The notes beneath the pieces are model-generated. The model had not been told where the DNA came from, searched no databases, and saw only the letters and a program-made list of their open reading frames with translations. Both the position numbers and the translations under genes were made by a program. 64,000 nt of DNA from Oopsacas minuta (taxonomy: Eukaryota > Animalia > Porifera): positions 124,001 through 188,000 of the forward strand of contig JAKMXF010000277.1 in NCBI GenBank assembly GCA_024704765.1, in the 5' to 3' direction. Positions 1-13,700 of the stretch are shown here, piece after piece (within the stretch, counting starts at the first letter, position 1; each line of letters opens with the position of its first letter).

Positions 1-925
1 TTTCAAACTTTCTATGAATTGTTTAAATTATAACTTATTTCTTGCCTTTTGATTTCATACAATAGATGGGTTGTCTGGATAGATTGGCGAAGGTTACGTC
101 ATCTGTATCTTGAGAAATTTGTTATATTTTTCAATGATGCATATCACAGTGGTTTCAACTTTCAAGAAACGATCGCAGGAAACTTTTGTTGGCCACTTAA
201 TTTCAGAAATAATGAAATATCCCAGAGCTGCGACGCCACGGCAGTCAATTTTTTCTCAAAATTCCAGCAGCTGTGTCCAAGACCCGTTGGAGTGGGAATT
301 TGAACTTTGCCGTTGCGGGCATTTTAGCCACAACCTTTAAATTATCTGTAACATTTAGTTTCCTGGCATAATTTTATCAAAATGTTTCATGTATTCGCCA
401 ACCACTATCAGTCATTTGCAACAACACTAAACTGCATAATATCTTTGAATATTTCACAACATGAGCTTAGCTTGTTTATCTCCTCCACACAGGTTTGTTC
501 ATCAGTTCCTTGCTAGGGAATCATTGGAAAAATTTCTTATCGATTATCGTAGTTGCAGTTCAATTTGTAAAGATAAGCTCTAGTTACTAAATTCGATAGC
601 TATTTTCATAATTTGGCCAATCAAATTTATGTGTGAAATGCTCATCTCGGAAAGTTAGTCAAAATAACATATTTGCCCCCCTTAATGCATGCTCAAATAG
701 GAAAATATAAGTTGCTCGCAAATGCATCGATTTTGACTGTATTTCGATGGCAACCTTGTCGGAGAGGCATTAATGTCCGATGCCAAGGTCTCGTCATATT
801 TGCTTAATTATTCATGGAATATATGAATACGCTAGCTTGTGACTTATAAACCATTTGTTATATGTTGAAACATGGTGTAAATTGTATAAATTTCAAAGTA
901 ATAAATACAAAATCATATTTAGCCC

Positions 926-3900
926 ATGGCAATTACAAGCCATGCGAAAGCGTTATTTACCTCTCTCAAGGAAGTATATGGTCCTCAAGTTGCTGTCCTA
1001 GCAACCAATGAGGTCAGAGGAATGTTTTGGAAGAACGGCCTGACGATTAAAGAATTCTTCGAGCCATTCTCTAATCTCAATATTGAATGGACATTACGTG
1101 ATCCTAGTGGATTAGGTGGTGGATCAGGAAGTTCACAAAATATACATTCACCACAAGCGAATGCTGGTTTGCTCGGCACTTATAAAATCCGGACACTGCA
1201 CGTAAATATTTCCGAGGTTACAGGCCCAGATAATCCGCCGATAAGTTCGGAATTGTTTGATCAGATTTTGCAAGAAGAATTGGACGACATTGCTAAAAGG
1301 TAGGTTAAAAACAGGCCAATTGCAATTATGGGTGTAATTTAAACTTTCATTCAAGTACACCCATGATATAATCACAGAACTCCAAATAGTTTGCAATCAC
1401 AGGGTATTTTGCCAGAATTTTCAAAAATTTCTTCTAATTGAAATTCGCAAATAATCAATCTAATTCCTAAAATCCTGATGATTGTGAATAAGTTGATTGA
1501 TGCCATATGACCATAAATTTCACATTGTAATTTTCGATGTCCTTTGACCTGATTAACCAATTTTTTCATAGAGAGTTGCAAAATAAATGTTATACGTTGA
1601 TAAAAATTTGGTGACAATATACTGGAATTCATTATATTTTGCACTATAATCAACATTCATGACATAATTTATAACAAGCTGATAGATATGTAAGCCCGAA
1701 TCGAACATCTGATTTACACAAACAATTAAATTTAATTGAGATTCCTTTTCCAGAAAAATTATTCATTTCTATTTGACCATTATTGCTAACATTAGAATCG
1801 AAACATGCAACTTTATTACTTAAGTGTAATATGTTAAATACTGCCAGGCGATTTTAGTGACTGCACTAATGTTGTATAATGACCAAGCATGGCCTGGGCC
1901 AAGTATTGAAATTACTGCTTAGTATGTAAAAAGATTTGTAAAGCTCTGCATACAGTTTTGAAAAGTAAATGGAGGCGGCACAGGCAATCTTGAGATCCTG
2001 TGGAACTGTAGTTCGTGTACCAAGGGCTCCATGAACCCGGTTGAGAACCGCTAACCTAAAACAATTTTCATATAGACTTGTGCCAGTAGATGAAAGCGTA
2101 GCCAACAGCCCAACAGAGTTACCAGGCCCCGTAGCAACCTCCTCCAATGCATACCCATGGTATAATTCATATAGGAAATGTTGGTTGCAAAATATTCCTG
2201 TAATGGAACACGAATACCTGAGGTACTATGTATCAGTACTATTAATGGTTTCAAGCAATCAATCAGATCCAATTGCAATATTCGAACAGCTAAACTTAAA
2301 GCTAGCTAGTATGATACAGAAACAGCAAGAGACCAAACCAGAGGATAGGTTCTCACAGCCAAAGTTCCTGACAGAGCATTTACTAAAAACTTATGTTCTA
2401 CTGCATGACATGAGTAATAGTAATTTAGCTCAAGCTGAGTCAATATACTCTGTAAGTTATATTATGATATTCTGGAATAATGTAGGATTTTATAGATATT
2501 AGCATTGATTTTGCAGGACGTCACAGCTATCATGCCCAAGGGTCAACTCGAGCTGTACTACCAGCTTGCTGACCGATTTTTCATATTATTTCAATTTTTA
2601 TTTGAATCAAGAGTTAATTATTCCTTTATACTGATTCTCCATAGACAATGCAATCTAAATACTCACCAAAATACTGTCATTTCCTCAAAATCAACTCTGC
2701 AACAACTTCAATACCTCCTACACCCAGTGACTCAACTCAGAATATAGATAAGTGGCACAATAACTTGCGTTATAACCGCGATTTAGCGAGGAGAATGAGA
2801 CAATATAATACCAAGAGCGATTCAACAGAAAAACATCAGGCAATTTTTAGTATACCAAAATAGACATACATATATTGACTCTCTTTAATAAGAACACCGT
2901 CAAAAGGTTTATATTTAAGGACCAAAATCTAAAATTCCTATATATGTGCCGACAGCGAATAGAATAATTGAATTTATTTAATTTGGAGGCACTTAATGCA
3001 TATATTCAACGTATATGCCGTGTTTTTATAATGAAAGTCAATATTTTAAACCATAAAACAAAATTTCAAATAATTACAGAATCTCCATCAATATAGGCGA
3101 CTAAAATAGCGCCTTCAGGTGCTGCAGAAGATGGCACAGAACATAAAGAATCCAATGCACATACACCACCAAACCATATCATCCATAAAGTAGGTCAATA
3201 CATGTCAGCTGAAGATATGGAATTGGTCACACAGTTTTTACATGATTACATCAACTGGTCGTTATTATCACATCTTGAAACATTGATGCGTGTTTTGTAT
3301 GAGAAAGTCAATAGTCATAATAAATTCTCACGGTTATTCTCATCTTTTAAGAAGTATACTTCAAACAAGAGTGCTACTCCATCTCATGTTGGTTTGGATC
3401 AGTTCAGTGAGGTTTGTGTGTGAAATTCTTTGTAAAATGCTGAATATAACCTACTTTTCCTGTTAGATCTACACGACGGATTCAGTTGAGCTACATATGA
3501 GAATGTTAGGAGATATCTCATTTATGCTCCAAAACTGGGATTTAGCATATAACATGTACCACGGTGTTAAAAAGGATTTTCAGAGTGACCAAGCTTGGTG
3601 GTTATACGCTGGCGCAGTTGAAATGACAGCTTTAAGCGTTTTTATGCTGCCGACTATCAAAAAAGATGCTGTGACGTATTTTGATGAATGTTTCCAGCAA
3701 TATTTCACGATTTGTAAGTCAATTAAGTATGCATTGAGAGCGTTGATGTTGTGGGGCGAAGTGATGAAGGCAAAGGCATTGTATTTGGATGCTTCGGTTG
3801 TGTATACTAGACTAGGAGCAAAAGTTGATGATCTTTGTAGTTCAATGTTACTGGAGCAGGCTGCATTATGTGTGATGAGCAGGTGAGATATTTCGCGGTT

Positions 3901-6900
3901 TTTAGGGCAGTAAACATAATGCGACTATCTAGTTATTGTCATTTTTGATGACTTACACCTTTTGATATTTTCGTGCCTAGCGCCTATAGGCACGGCTAAA
4001 CATTTTAGAAAGTATAATCAACCACGAAGTCCACATAGCGGTAATACAAATTCATATTTCATTTAGAAAACCAATTCGTTCAAGGAAAGCGGCTCAATTA
4101 ATGGTTCTATCTTCTCATATGTATACCAAATCGAACCACCCACGTCATTCCGTTCGCCTCCTAAAACAAGCATTAGTTTCTCTACAAGGCAAAAGTTGGA
4201 TTGCTGCTGAAGATTATTTGTTGCATTTGTTAGGAAAACATTCGAGTTTTCTAGGGAAAAAGGATTTTGCTTATACTCTATTCGAATCATTGCTGTCACA
4301 TGATCCTAAAATTTATTTTCAATTTGTATCAGCGAGTAAACAAGAAGAGATTTTGAAGGTATTTTTACTTACTTTCCAAGAAAACAAGGAAATTAATCAA
4401 GGTAAACTGACTATACTATATAATGCAACATATTCTGGCCTTTTTTGCCATATTTCAAACGTATGAGGCATGACATCATCTTTGCCCACCCAGGTTCATG
4501 ACCTATCTCCGCCTATGTTTCAAACATTACGTATTACCAGCCACCCACTGTTGATATATTAGATTTACAAATCCACTTTTTACAATAGAGCCACAGATCG
4601 TGATATTCAGTGAAGATTGTAGCTACAATTCAACAAAGCAGTTACTACCATTGCCTATACCCAAAGTAGACTGTACATTAATACGTACTTCTTGGTGTTC
4701 AGGTTGTCTTGAATTCGCATTTACATCGAGATTCGAGGCAACAGAAAATGCATCAAATTTCTATGTGAACGCAGGTGATGAAGAATTGGAGCTTTGTAAG
4801 GGACGTAGAGAAAGGAAAGAGTTGGTGTCTAGAAGGAGAGAAGTGCTTTTGAAACGGCCATCGAGGGGTAGCTCAGTTTTCAAATCTTCTATAAGTAAGT
4901 TAGCCCATAATATGATCAATTAACGTATTTCCTTATGTGTTCAATAGCTTTAGAAAGTCCAATCCATCAACCGAGTGGATTCAAACAGAAGATGTCTACA
5001 ATCAATATTGGAACAGCTCAATTCGCTTATTCAGGATCACTACAAACAACTGAATGGAGAGATTTAGAAATGTCTGCAATCAAGCTTGTTACTGGAAAGA
5101 AATTGAGTCCGATCGCTTTTAGGTACAAAAAAAAGTAGCAATTTTTGTTCTCTGATGAAAAAAACCATAGTATTTTTGATTAGGGTACAAAAAGCTTTTG
5201 CATTTGGAAAAGGGGGTCAGATGGAGTCTTTTTGAAAAGGTCTTGACTTTTTTATCCAATTGGTGAAATTACAATTTTTTGACTTTTTCATTTCAACACC
5301 CTCTCTAGATCACTTGCACCATTTCTAAACCCCAAAACTAACAATCTCACTCGCGGAATATGTGTATCTCAAGAATGTATTTGTGTTGAGATTCTCCTCC
5401 GCAATCCTCTCAACGTTTCACTCCTATTAAGTGACATAGCTCTCCAGTGGGTATTAGAAGCAGAAACAGGCGAGCAAACTGTATTATCTGAGATTATATC
5501 AACTTATAAACTGCCGGCTTGTGGCCAGAGATTGCTGCAATTACAATTACAACCTCTAGCTTCACAAGGCATACTCCATGTAACTGGATTGTTGTATTCA
5601 GTTGAGCCGAGCGCTAGTAAATTATCGCCTCTACCAGAAAATGATGACCCAATACTTAATAGTTTTAATAGGGTACAGTTCAATTATATCTTCATTATTC
5701 GATAATTTTAGCACTATTCAAATTCAATTATAGTTGACCATCGAAATTAATTATCCGTAGTACATATCACCCGGATTTTTGAAAGGTGTATTTCACGGCA
5801 TTTGGTATCTTTCTCCATCTAGGGTGACGATAATTGTAACGCACAAGGAGTCTTAGAATTGTCAGTGAGAGGAAATCGACTCAACGAATCGAAAGAGCAT
5901 AAGACTAGTGTTTTATACGCACCGGACTACAGATTGCAATGGGAAATTGTGCCAGCAATGCCAAGATTATTTCTAAGGTAATATTATTTTCTTGTTAATA
6001 AAGCACTAATCTTTGGGGATGCCCTGAATGACATGAATGTGTGCGATTCATATATATCCAATTGACGTTAATTTGTATATACTTTAGGATGTAGATGTTC
6101 ATTAGCTAGATTCAATATTTTTCACATTTTCAGGTTTCAACATTGGCCAACACATCTACTATCTGGTGAAATATACATAATACCAATTGAATTATACAAT
6201 TGTGGTACATTAACATTGCATAACATGGTTATATCGAGTCCGAATTACACTTCATTCCTCTTCAATTTTGATTTGAAATCAGACTCCACGATTATCGCAA
6301 GGAAAGGAGAGGAGATGGAGTGTATGGAGCTAAAATCTGATAACAATATCAGTCGGAGGATTAATTTTGAGCCCCTTCAACCTGCTCAAGGGGTAAAAGG
6401 TTTGTATTTGTAAATATATGAATACAACCGCGAAAATAATTTTGTTATAAATTCTGATATTTTACATATTTTTCACCTAAAAAGCTGTTTGAGAATTTCT
6501 GACTGACAAGGCTCTTTTACAATTCTTTATTTTTAGGTACCAAATTGCTTTTGGGTCTTTGTTGCGGAGAGCTGAAAAAATATATTCTATTTTCTTGTAG
6601 GTACCCTCGTAATTTTAGCACCCGACGCACATGGAGAGCATGAAATGAATCTTCTATTCTACTATGACACAATACACGATACAAAGAAAAAAACATCTTT
6701 GCCATATCGTATTCACACGCACACTGCTTATCTACAAGTCCTACCATCAATAAACGCAAATTCATTCATTACTCAAACAAACATCAATGAGAATAACGAA
6801 ATTCAAGCTTTTGGTTCGTTTTCAATAGAAAACATTGGGAAAGATGGTTCACCAGAGACTTATAAAATAATATCAATCATCGCAATTAGTAAGGAATGGA

Positions 6901-7706
6901 GAGTTAATGTAATTCCAGGTACATACGATGAATCAACTCTTGAATTGGAACCCGGTGTTACCACACAATTATACTACCTTGCGACTAAAGATAACGTGAA
7001 TATTGAGAATCAAAATTCCAACAAATACACAGTGGCAACTCTATTAGAAATTGAAAAATCGTCTGAAACTGATTATAATTACGATTTATTAACACATCAA
7101 GATGAATTCAAAGCCCTGGCCGATTCTCGAAGTCAATTTTCAATTATTTTCCTAATAAAATGGAAGACAATGCCTTTGGAAGATGTAAAACCACATTATG
7201 GGACCTATTACGTCACACCGACCTATATCGACCCTTGGAAAGATCCAACGTTTTCTCACGGAAATCTAATCAAACCAAAAGATTTAACACAGAAATCAAT
7301 GGCACGATCACCGCATCAACTTATAAATTACGTTTTGATACATCCAAATGAACTAAAGCATGATTTCGCAATAAAACCTCTATGCTATCAAAAAGTACAG
7401 GTCAATTTGCAGAACATTTCTGGTCAAATTGTGCACATTATGATTCAATTTAATGTGCCGCTTGCTGAAAGTAAAAGATCATTCTCATGGGTAGGAAATG
7501 TTGTGAAGAAAGTAAAACTGCAACCATTTGAAGTTTTGTCCAAAGAACATAAAATAGTATTCAGTGAAGTTGGTGTCTACAATTTGATGAATTTCACCAT
7601 CACTGCATCAGCAAACCCAAAAGGAAATTTTCTACCGCAATATGGACCTAAAGTTAGTTATGTATTCCTAGAAACTAATTGTAATACTTTGATTGAGAGA
7701 AAATAG
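926..7706 (+). CDS. TRAPPC8: Trafficking protein particle complex subunit 8 (TRAPPIII, Trs85), 12 exons, ~1460 aa
   Basis: Phase-consistent exons: 926-1299, 2076-2451, 2645-2839, 3097-3411, 3467-3882, 4067-4401, 4589-4894, 4948-5122, 5309-5672, 5823-5977, 6134-6399, 6601-7706 (4383 nt, divisible by 3). Motifs match TRAPPC8: PWYNSYR, EHEYLRYY, ELHMRMLGDISFMLQNWDLAY, VEILLRNPLNVSLLL, RGNRLNESKEHKTSVLYAPDYRL, EHEMNLLFYY. Intron 3 requires a GC donor. Confidence 0.92.
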
Positions 7707-10700
7707 ATTATACAAATGGTTATTAGTTCTGGAAGATGATTAGTGCATTTAGGTATGTAAATATCAATATAGTTATCTAATTCATTTATGTATGATGTGA
7801 TGAAAGTCTTATTAAAAAGACAAAAGACTAGTCAAGTTTTCAATTAATGTAGGGAGGAAGCAAGAATAGTGATTTCTCAGGATAGTAGTGAAATTAAAAT
7901 TTCTAGAATTTCAAAACTATTCTGATAGAGCAAAATCAGCAAATGATGAAAAAAATTTATAAAACAGTCAGATCAATTAACATAATTACATTATATGAAT
8001 AAGGTTGGTTATAAAGAAACCTGAATGTTATACAAGAAGATAAAATAATATTGTGGGGTGATATCAATTTAATGACATTAATGGCTTACCAAAATACATC
8101 CTGGATTGCCAAACACTATTATTCATATAACTGATATGACTTATGGATCCATAGTATTCTTATGGTACTTACACGTTTAATCCAAGAGATTATGAGTTTC
8201 AAAACAAATTTCAAGTTAAAACATGCAACACGGCCAGGAAGAATGTTCTGACGAATTTTGGTCATTTGAACTCCGATTAGGGTAGGGAATACATTAATGA
8301 AGAATAATACCCTGATAAGATCCTTAACATGACCAGAATTAATTCTATGATTAGAACATAGTAAATTATTTGTAATCTGACGAACAAGTTACATAACTTT
8401 TGGTTCTATTAAAACATTGAGTTTATGCTAATGCTCTGTTCTTTATGGTAAACCGAATTATATTGATGAAGAGATTTGAAGATGAACTTGTATACTTTCA
8501 AATTTCAATTACATTTGATAAATGCATTTCGAACAATAATTGGCAATGGTAGCTTTAGAATTAGATCAGAGCAAAGATGCAAATTAAACTCAACCATAAA
8601 TTTATTCAAATCAAATCACAACATTGCCAATATCTGCCAAAGGTACTTTGATTTCTTTCACCAATATCATAATGAACTAATTAAAAGCAATTACTAAGAT
8701 AAAATTAATTTTATGTAAAAATAAACTATGTCGGGGTTATGTTGAAAATTTCACACAATTTTTTAGGTTAATTACATGCCCATAATTTATGAAATTACTG
8801 TATAAGACTTGAATTATTGAAAAGGGAAACATGAAAGTAGTAAGGACATAGCATTGGAAGCTACCAAATTTTTACATACTTTAGCAATAATTTTAGGCAC
8901 GTAAGTTGTGGAAATGTTTGCACATGTGTTAACTATAATTATCGATAGTGTGACTTGAATAATTATTGATAAGTCCATAATTAATCACCGAAAGTACCAC
9001 TGTTCTTTCGGCAATAATGAATTAGAGCTTTTGGTGTTTAGTAATTGGACAGGAAATGTCCTGAAACCGATAAATTGTGGTATTGTAGTTTCCTGTGAAA
9101 TATCAAGCTGAAAATAGCTTAGAATTTCATAGAACATAAATACCTTCATAATTTTCTAATGTATTATAATACAGCCTATTCGCAATTCGTCTAATAGCAA
9201 AATCCGCCTACTGGCAATTTTTTTCATGGACATAAAGTGCAGTTTTGTATGATAAATAGTGTCCATAATAGCAAAATTCGCTTAATAACAAGGGAATTCT
9301 TGCAAAATATGATTTGCTAGTAGGCGGTTTCCACTTTACAACCATAACCTTCTTAAGCATTATAATACACCCATAAATACAGATATTATTGCATCCATAC
9401 TTCCAATAATTCCAGAACTTTGCATCTGGCCCTTACAACACCCTAAATTTACCTGAATTATTACACATTAACAGAATAGACTATGATTCAATCATATACT
9501 GTTGTGGTACTCTGTAATTTTCAATATAAGGATCATACTCTATCTATTTTTACTTGTTTTTTATGATTTAACGAGAAAATACAAATATTCATATTCTATT
9601 TATCTCTGTCAAAAGTATTTTAAAACACTTGTGCAGTGTACTTACCCTTTCCTTTTCTTTTTCACCATACTTTTGCCACGTGCTAACCAAATTTAACATC
9701 AAGCAAGGTACGAATAGTTCTTTGGTGTAAAGTTCAGATCTTTTTAATATTTTGAGCATTTGATTGTTGGATAATGGTCCAATTATTGTAAATTAATTAC
9801 TAGTGCAAATTTGGCCTAAATTTAGATAGGCATACGTCTTCTGCTAATATTAACTAGCCTGAAAGGAATCTGGGTTATTCGGACTAAAATGACCTACAAT
9901 GATATTTAAATGGTCATAGCTATTCACAAAATTATTTATAGTGTTACTTGGGCCAAGAAGCCTATAGTACATTGTTTGTCTTCGTCACAAACGAATAAAT
10001 CTCAAATCTGTCGCATATGGTTCGTTTACATGTCTAGGACTTTTCAATTAGAAATTCAGCAATGGAGTCTCTCATTATAGATTGCCTCATAGTGTTCATC
10101 ATCATGCTACCACTATAATCTAAATATGATGTAATATACTTCAACATAGATCAAAAACTATTCAAGCTATTTGATAGTGGTAAATACACCTGGGTAGGTA
10201 TGCTGTTGAATTAAATTCAATTGAGTAATGGTCATTCGGTCACTTGTTGGAAATATTATTCCCTATGGATGAATACAGATGGAATTTTATATAACAAATG
10301 CTAATCACCACAATTACTTTATCATAGAACTAATTTTTGATAAGATCAGGATTTTGTCTTGAGTAGAGGTAATTAGTTGGAGATAATTTTTTAATTACAA
10401 GCTAAAATGTTTGATATTGGAGTGGTCCTAGCATGGGACAGTACGTGGTTATGCCGGAAAAATCTGAATTATAGATAATTTGGTCCAACCAGATACTTCC
10501 CTAATTCCGCATAGGCTTGGGTCTAGATCACTTCCACAATCTGATAATATTTCATTATCTAGATGAGATAGTTAGTGCTCCGATTTTATTAGTAGTCCCA
10601 CTCTATTGCTTTTCTTACCTCGTGTACTCAGATGGCGAAATCGTGTGGAAGTAGATAATTTAAATCTTTGGTAATTTAAGGAGCGATGAGCTCACTGTTT

Positions 10701-13700
10701 GGTCTAACTTCCTACAATCTTGTTTGGGGTTGAGGACTTCGTGAAAAGTTAACATTTTGAAATTGAAACAATTCGCATTTATTTATCGATTATTTGTGAT
10801 ACTCAACTCGAATACTCAAACAAATAAAAGTGTTCAGTTATTTGTTCTGGATATATTGTTAGCTAATTGTAATTAATATATTTAGACAGCTGAATGGATG
10901 GTTTCTAGTTATTAGAGGAGATGGCGAGGTTCATTGTTATCGTAATCATAGCAGAAGATTGGAATTAGTATTATATCAATTCTAAATTCAATTATCACAT
11001 AAATGGATACATCGAGAATTATATATCAAATTTCTGTTGGAATGAGAGGTTTTAGAAATATGTTAGGGATGTTCTTTTAATTTGGCCGAATCAAGTTTCA
11101 ATGACTTGTTGCTTTCACAATTCATATGGCATTCAATGTAGGTCTATTAAAGATAAATAATGACTAGCTAGAAGCGTTTTGAAAATGGTGATCAATGTTT
11201 TTATTAAATAACGAGCAACTAATTTGAAGATAATTATTCAATATTATGATAACATGATTTATAGATACATGAAGAATATCATAGGATAATGTTAGATTGT
11301 ATTCCCAGAGAAAGTAGATACACAACCATATCAATTATATTTTCAGAAAATAATATACCAGTGTGTATATTAGTAGAAAATGTAACATGGAGGTGTGGTT
11401 GTATTTTAAAAGTATTGAATTATGATTTGGTAGTCTCGTAAAAATTATGATGAAGACATATTCTTCAAAATTTTGGAGCTGGGTTTTGCTACGTTGGCAT
11501 TAGCTATTTTATCAGACGATGCAATAATCAGTAACCTTATTCTTAACATTTAAATTTGGCATATACTGGCTTTGACCTGGAAGGGATGAACTGGCTATTA
11601 TGATAATAGAATATATGTTAGAAATGTATTAAATTTGCACTCATCCAAACTTTCCAGAGCATTCATAGAATCGATGTGACCCCAAAAGTAGTGGCGAATC
11701 TAGGGTGGTTCCAAGGTTTCCTGCCACTTTGACCACTCTAACTGCAATGGAACCAGGGGCAAGGTGCAAAATCTACTGGTTTGGAAATCATTTCTAAAAT
11801 ACCCGTTTTCAAGTTTCTTTGATGTTTACTATAATATGAAATGAGGTCACAAAGTAATATTTTAAATAACCTGATCTTGGCTAAGACTCTAAGCGCGTGA
11901 ACAGATCGAATTACAAAGAATTTTGACATCAATGCAATAAAACAATAATTATATAATCGTACTGTCACTGCTCAATTAAAAGCTCTTTTGAACTGTCTTG
12001 CTAGTTAATTCCCATATTAAAATGTCTACCCACAGAAAGTACGTAACTACACATTTTCTAAAGAAAATTATCCACAACTATCTACCGTCCCTTGGCATGA
12101 CTACCATGTAATGACTTCTGTCCCATTTCTTAGCAAACTATACCTTATAGCTCGTGCACAATACACTAATACGTATCCCATTGTGGAATACTTTAATGAA
12201 TATCTACCACTCCTTGCCTTATGTTCATTAGGAGGATTTAAGTAAGTATATCAGTATTAGTATAGCATTTATGAAAAATTCTATATCAAGACAGACAACC
12301 TCCATAGACTTGTATTGGAGGAGCCAGGGAGAGTTGTACCCTCTATTTGTGGTAGTTAAAGGTGGAGTAGTTCATTTCAACATGAAAATTTACAAATACT
12401 ATAAAATATCTAAAGTTACGTCCCATCTCAGAATTATATTAGTCTAGGTAGATAAAGATTTCAAAGGGTTTATTGGAAGTGTTGAAAAGTTAGCATATTT
12501 GTGCTACTGGTACAATTAATGCATTATTAAACTTTGCAACAATAAGGTATATGAGATTAAAATCTTCAAGCTATTCACAGATAAGTTATGTTTCCATTAT
12601 TTCAAAGGAAAGCTTCTATTTAGCAGTAAAGTGAAGTTTGCCTATTAGCAAGTCGTATTTTGCATGAATTTCCCTTGCTATTAGAGGAATTATTTCAAAA
12701 AAGTGGACTGTAAGTCACCGAAAGAAACTAAAATCAGGAATTTTCGCTTTTGGCACGTTTTCCAAATAAGGTGAAAAAGTCACGAACTCCATTAATTTCT
12801 ATAATTGTCTGAAGTTCTATACTTTCATTATTCGGTTAATTGAAGCATGGAGCACATTGCATTACTTTAATAAATATCACTTTGGGTACAATAAGACACC
12901 ATGATTGGATACGTAATAGAATTTTGCAGTATTCGGACAGGTTCTAATTAGTTTGGGCACATGTGTAACTAAATTTCTACTATAAATTGCGAAAATAACC
13001 AAAACAGACAATTAGGAATATTTACAAAGTGTCAGACCTCAATTTGTAAGAATTTATAAATCCACTATCAAACCATAATGTTAAACTTGCAAAACAATCG
13101 ACACATGACATGTAAATGCGTCTGCAATGTGTGCTGTTGTTGCATGGCTAATTGTATACAGAAATAATGATTACAAACATAATGGTAGAGTAATTATAAT
13201 TAATCTAGAACTATTTAGCAGAACAAATACACTAATTGTGGTTTATAAAAGCACACTTTGCTTGTTCTGCGCGACTTGTGATCGCTTTGTAATAGCTTTT
13301 CGCAGTTCCTCAAACGAATTCTGTACCATAAACAATGAAAACATCAAGTTTACTATATATGGAATTGTACTGCGCAGGAACACCTATTCTCGCACCATAT
13401 ATGTAACTTAGATTAAATTTGGCATAGTTCTGTTAGTCGATGTAACTATGAGATTAAGTTTCAACATCTTTACTGCTAAGATGCAAAACTATTCCTCACT
13501 TAAATGCTGTCATATCGGCAAATTTGATCCAGCTGGACATAAATATTACAATTTTTATTCCACAGTTCAGGCTGTCTAGCATACATATGTTCTCAAATTT
13601 GGCATAGTTTACAGTGTCTGAGAGTTTACTGTAATCGAACTATGTTAAAAAACATACACCCGAACTATATACTGAAAATTAAATTGAATTAAACTGAATT

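Noticed and set aside
1-620. Short ORFs on both strands (49-340) and a fragmentary minus-strand reading, possibly a gene or transposase remnant
   Set aside because: No recognisable motif or splice-consistent chain, and frequent stops in all frames.
6531-6545. Apparent acceptor tttttag|gtacc as the start of the last TRAPPC8 exon
   Set aside because: All phases from 6537 hit a stop or fall out of frame; the similar acceptor ttgtag|gtacc at 6600 gives the correct frame into EHEMNLLFYY.
10062-11800. Signal-peptide-like MESLIIDCLIVFIIML followed by Cys/Trp-containing fragments, suggesting a decayed gene or endogenous viral element
   Set aside because: Stop density (about 7 in the first 110 codons) is what random ~65% AT sequence gives, and no family motif was recognised.
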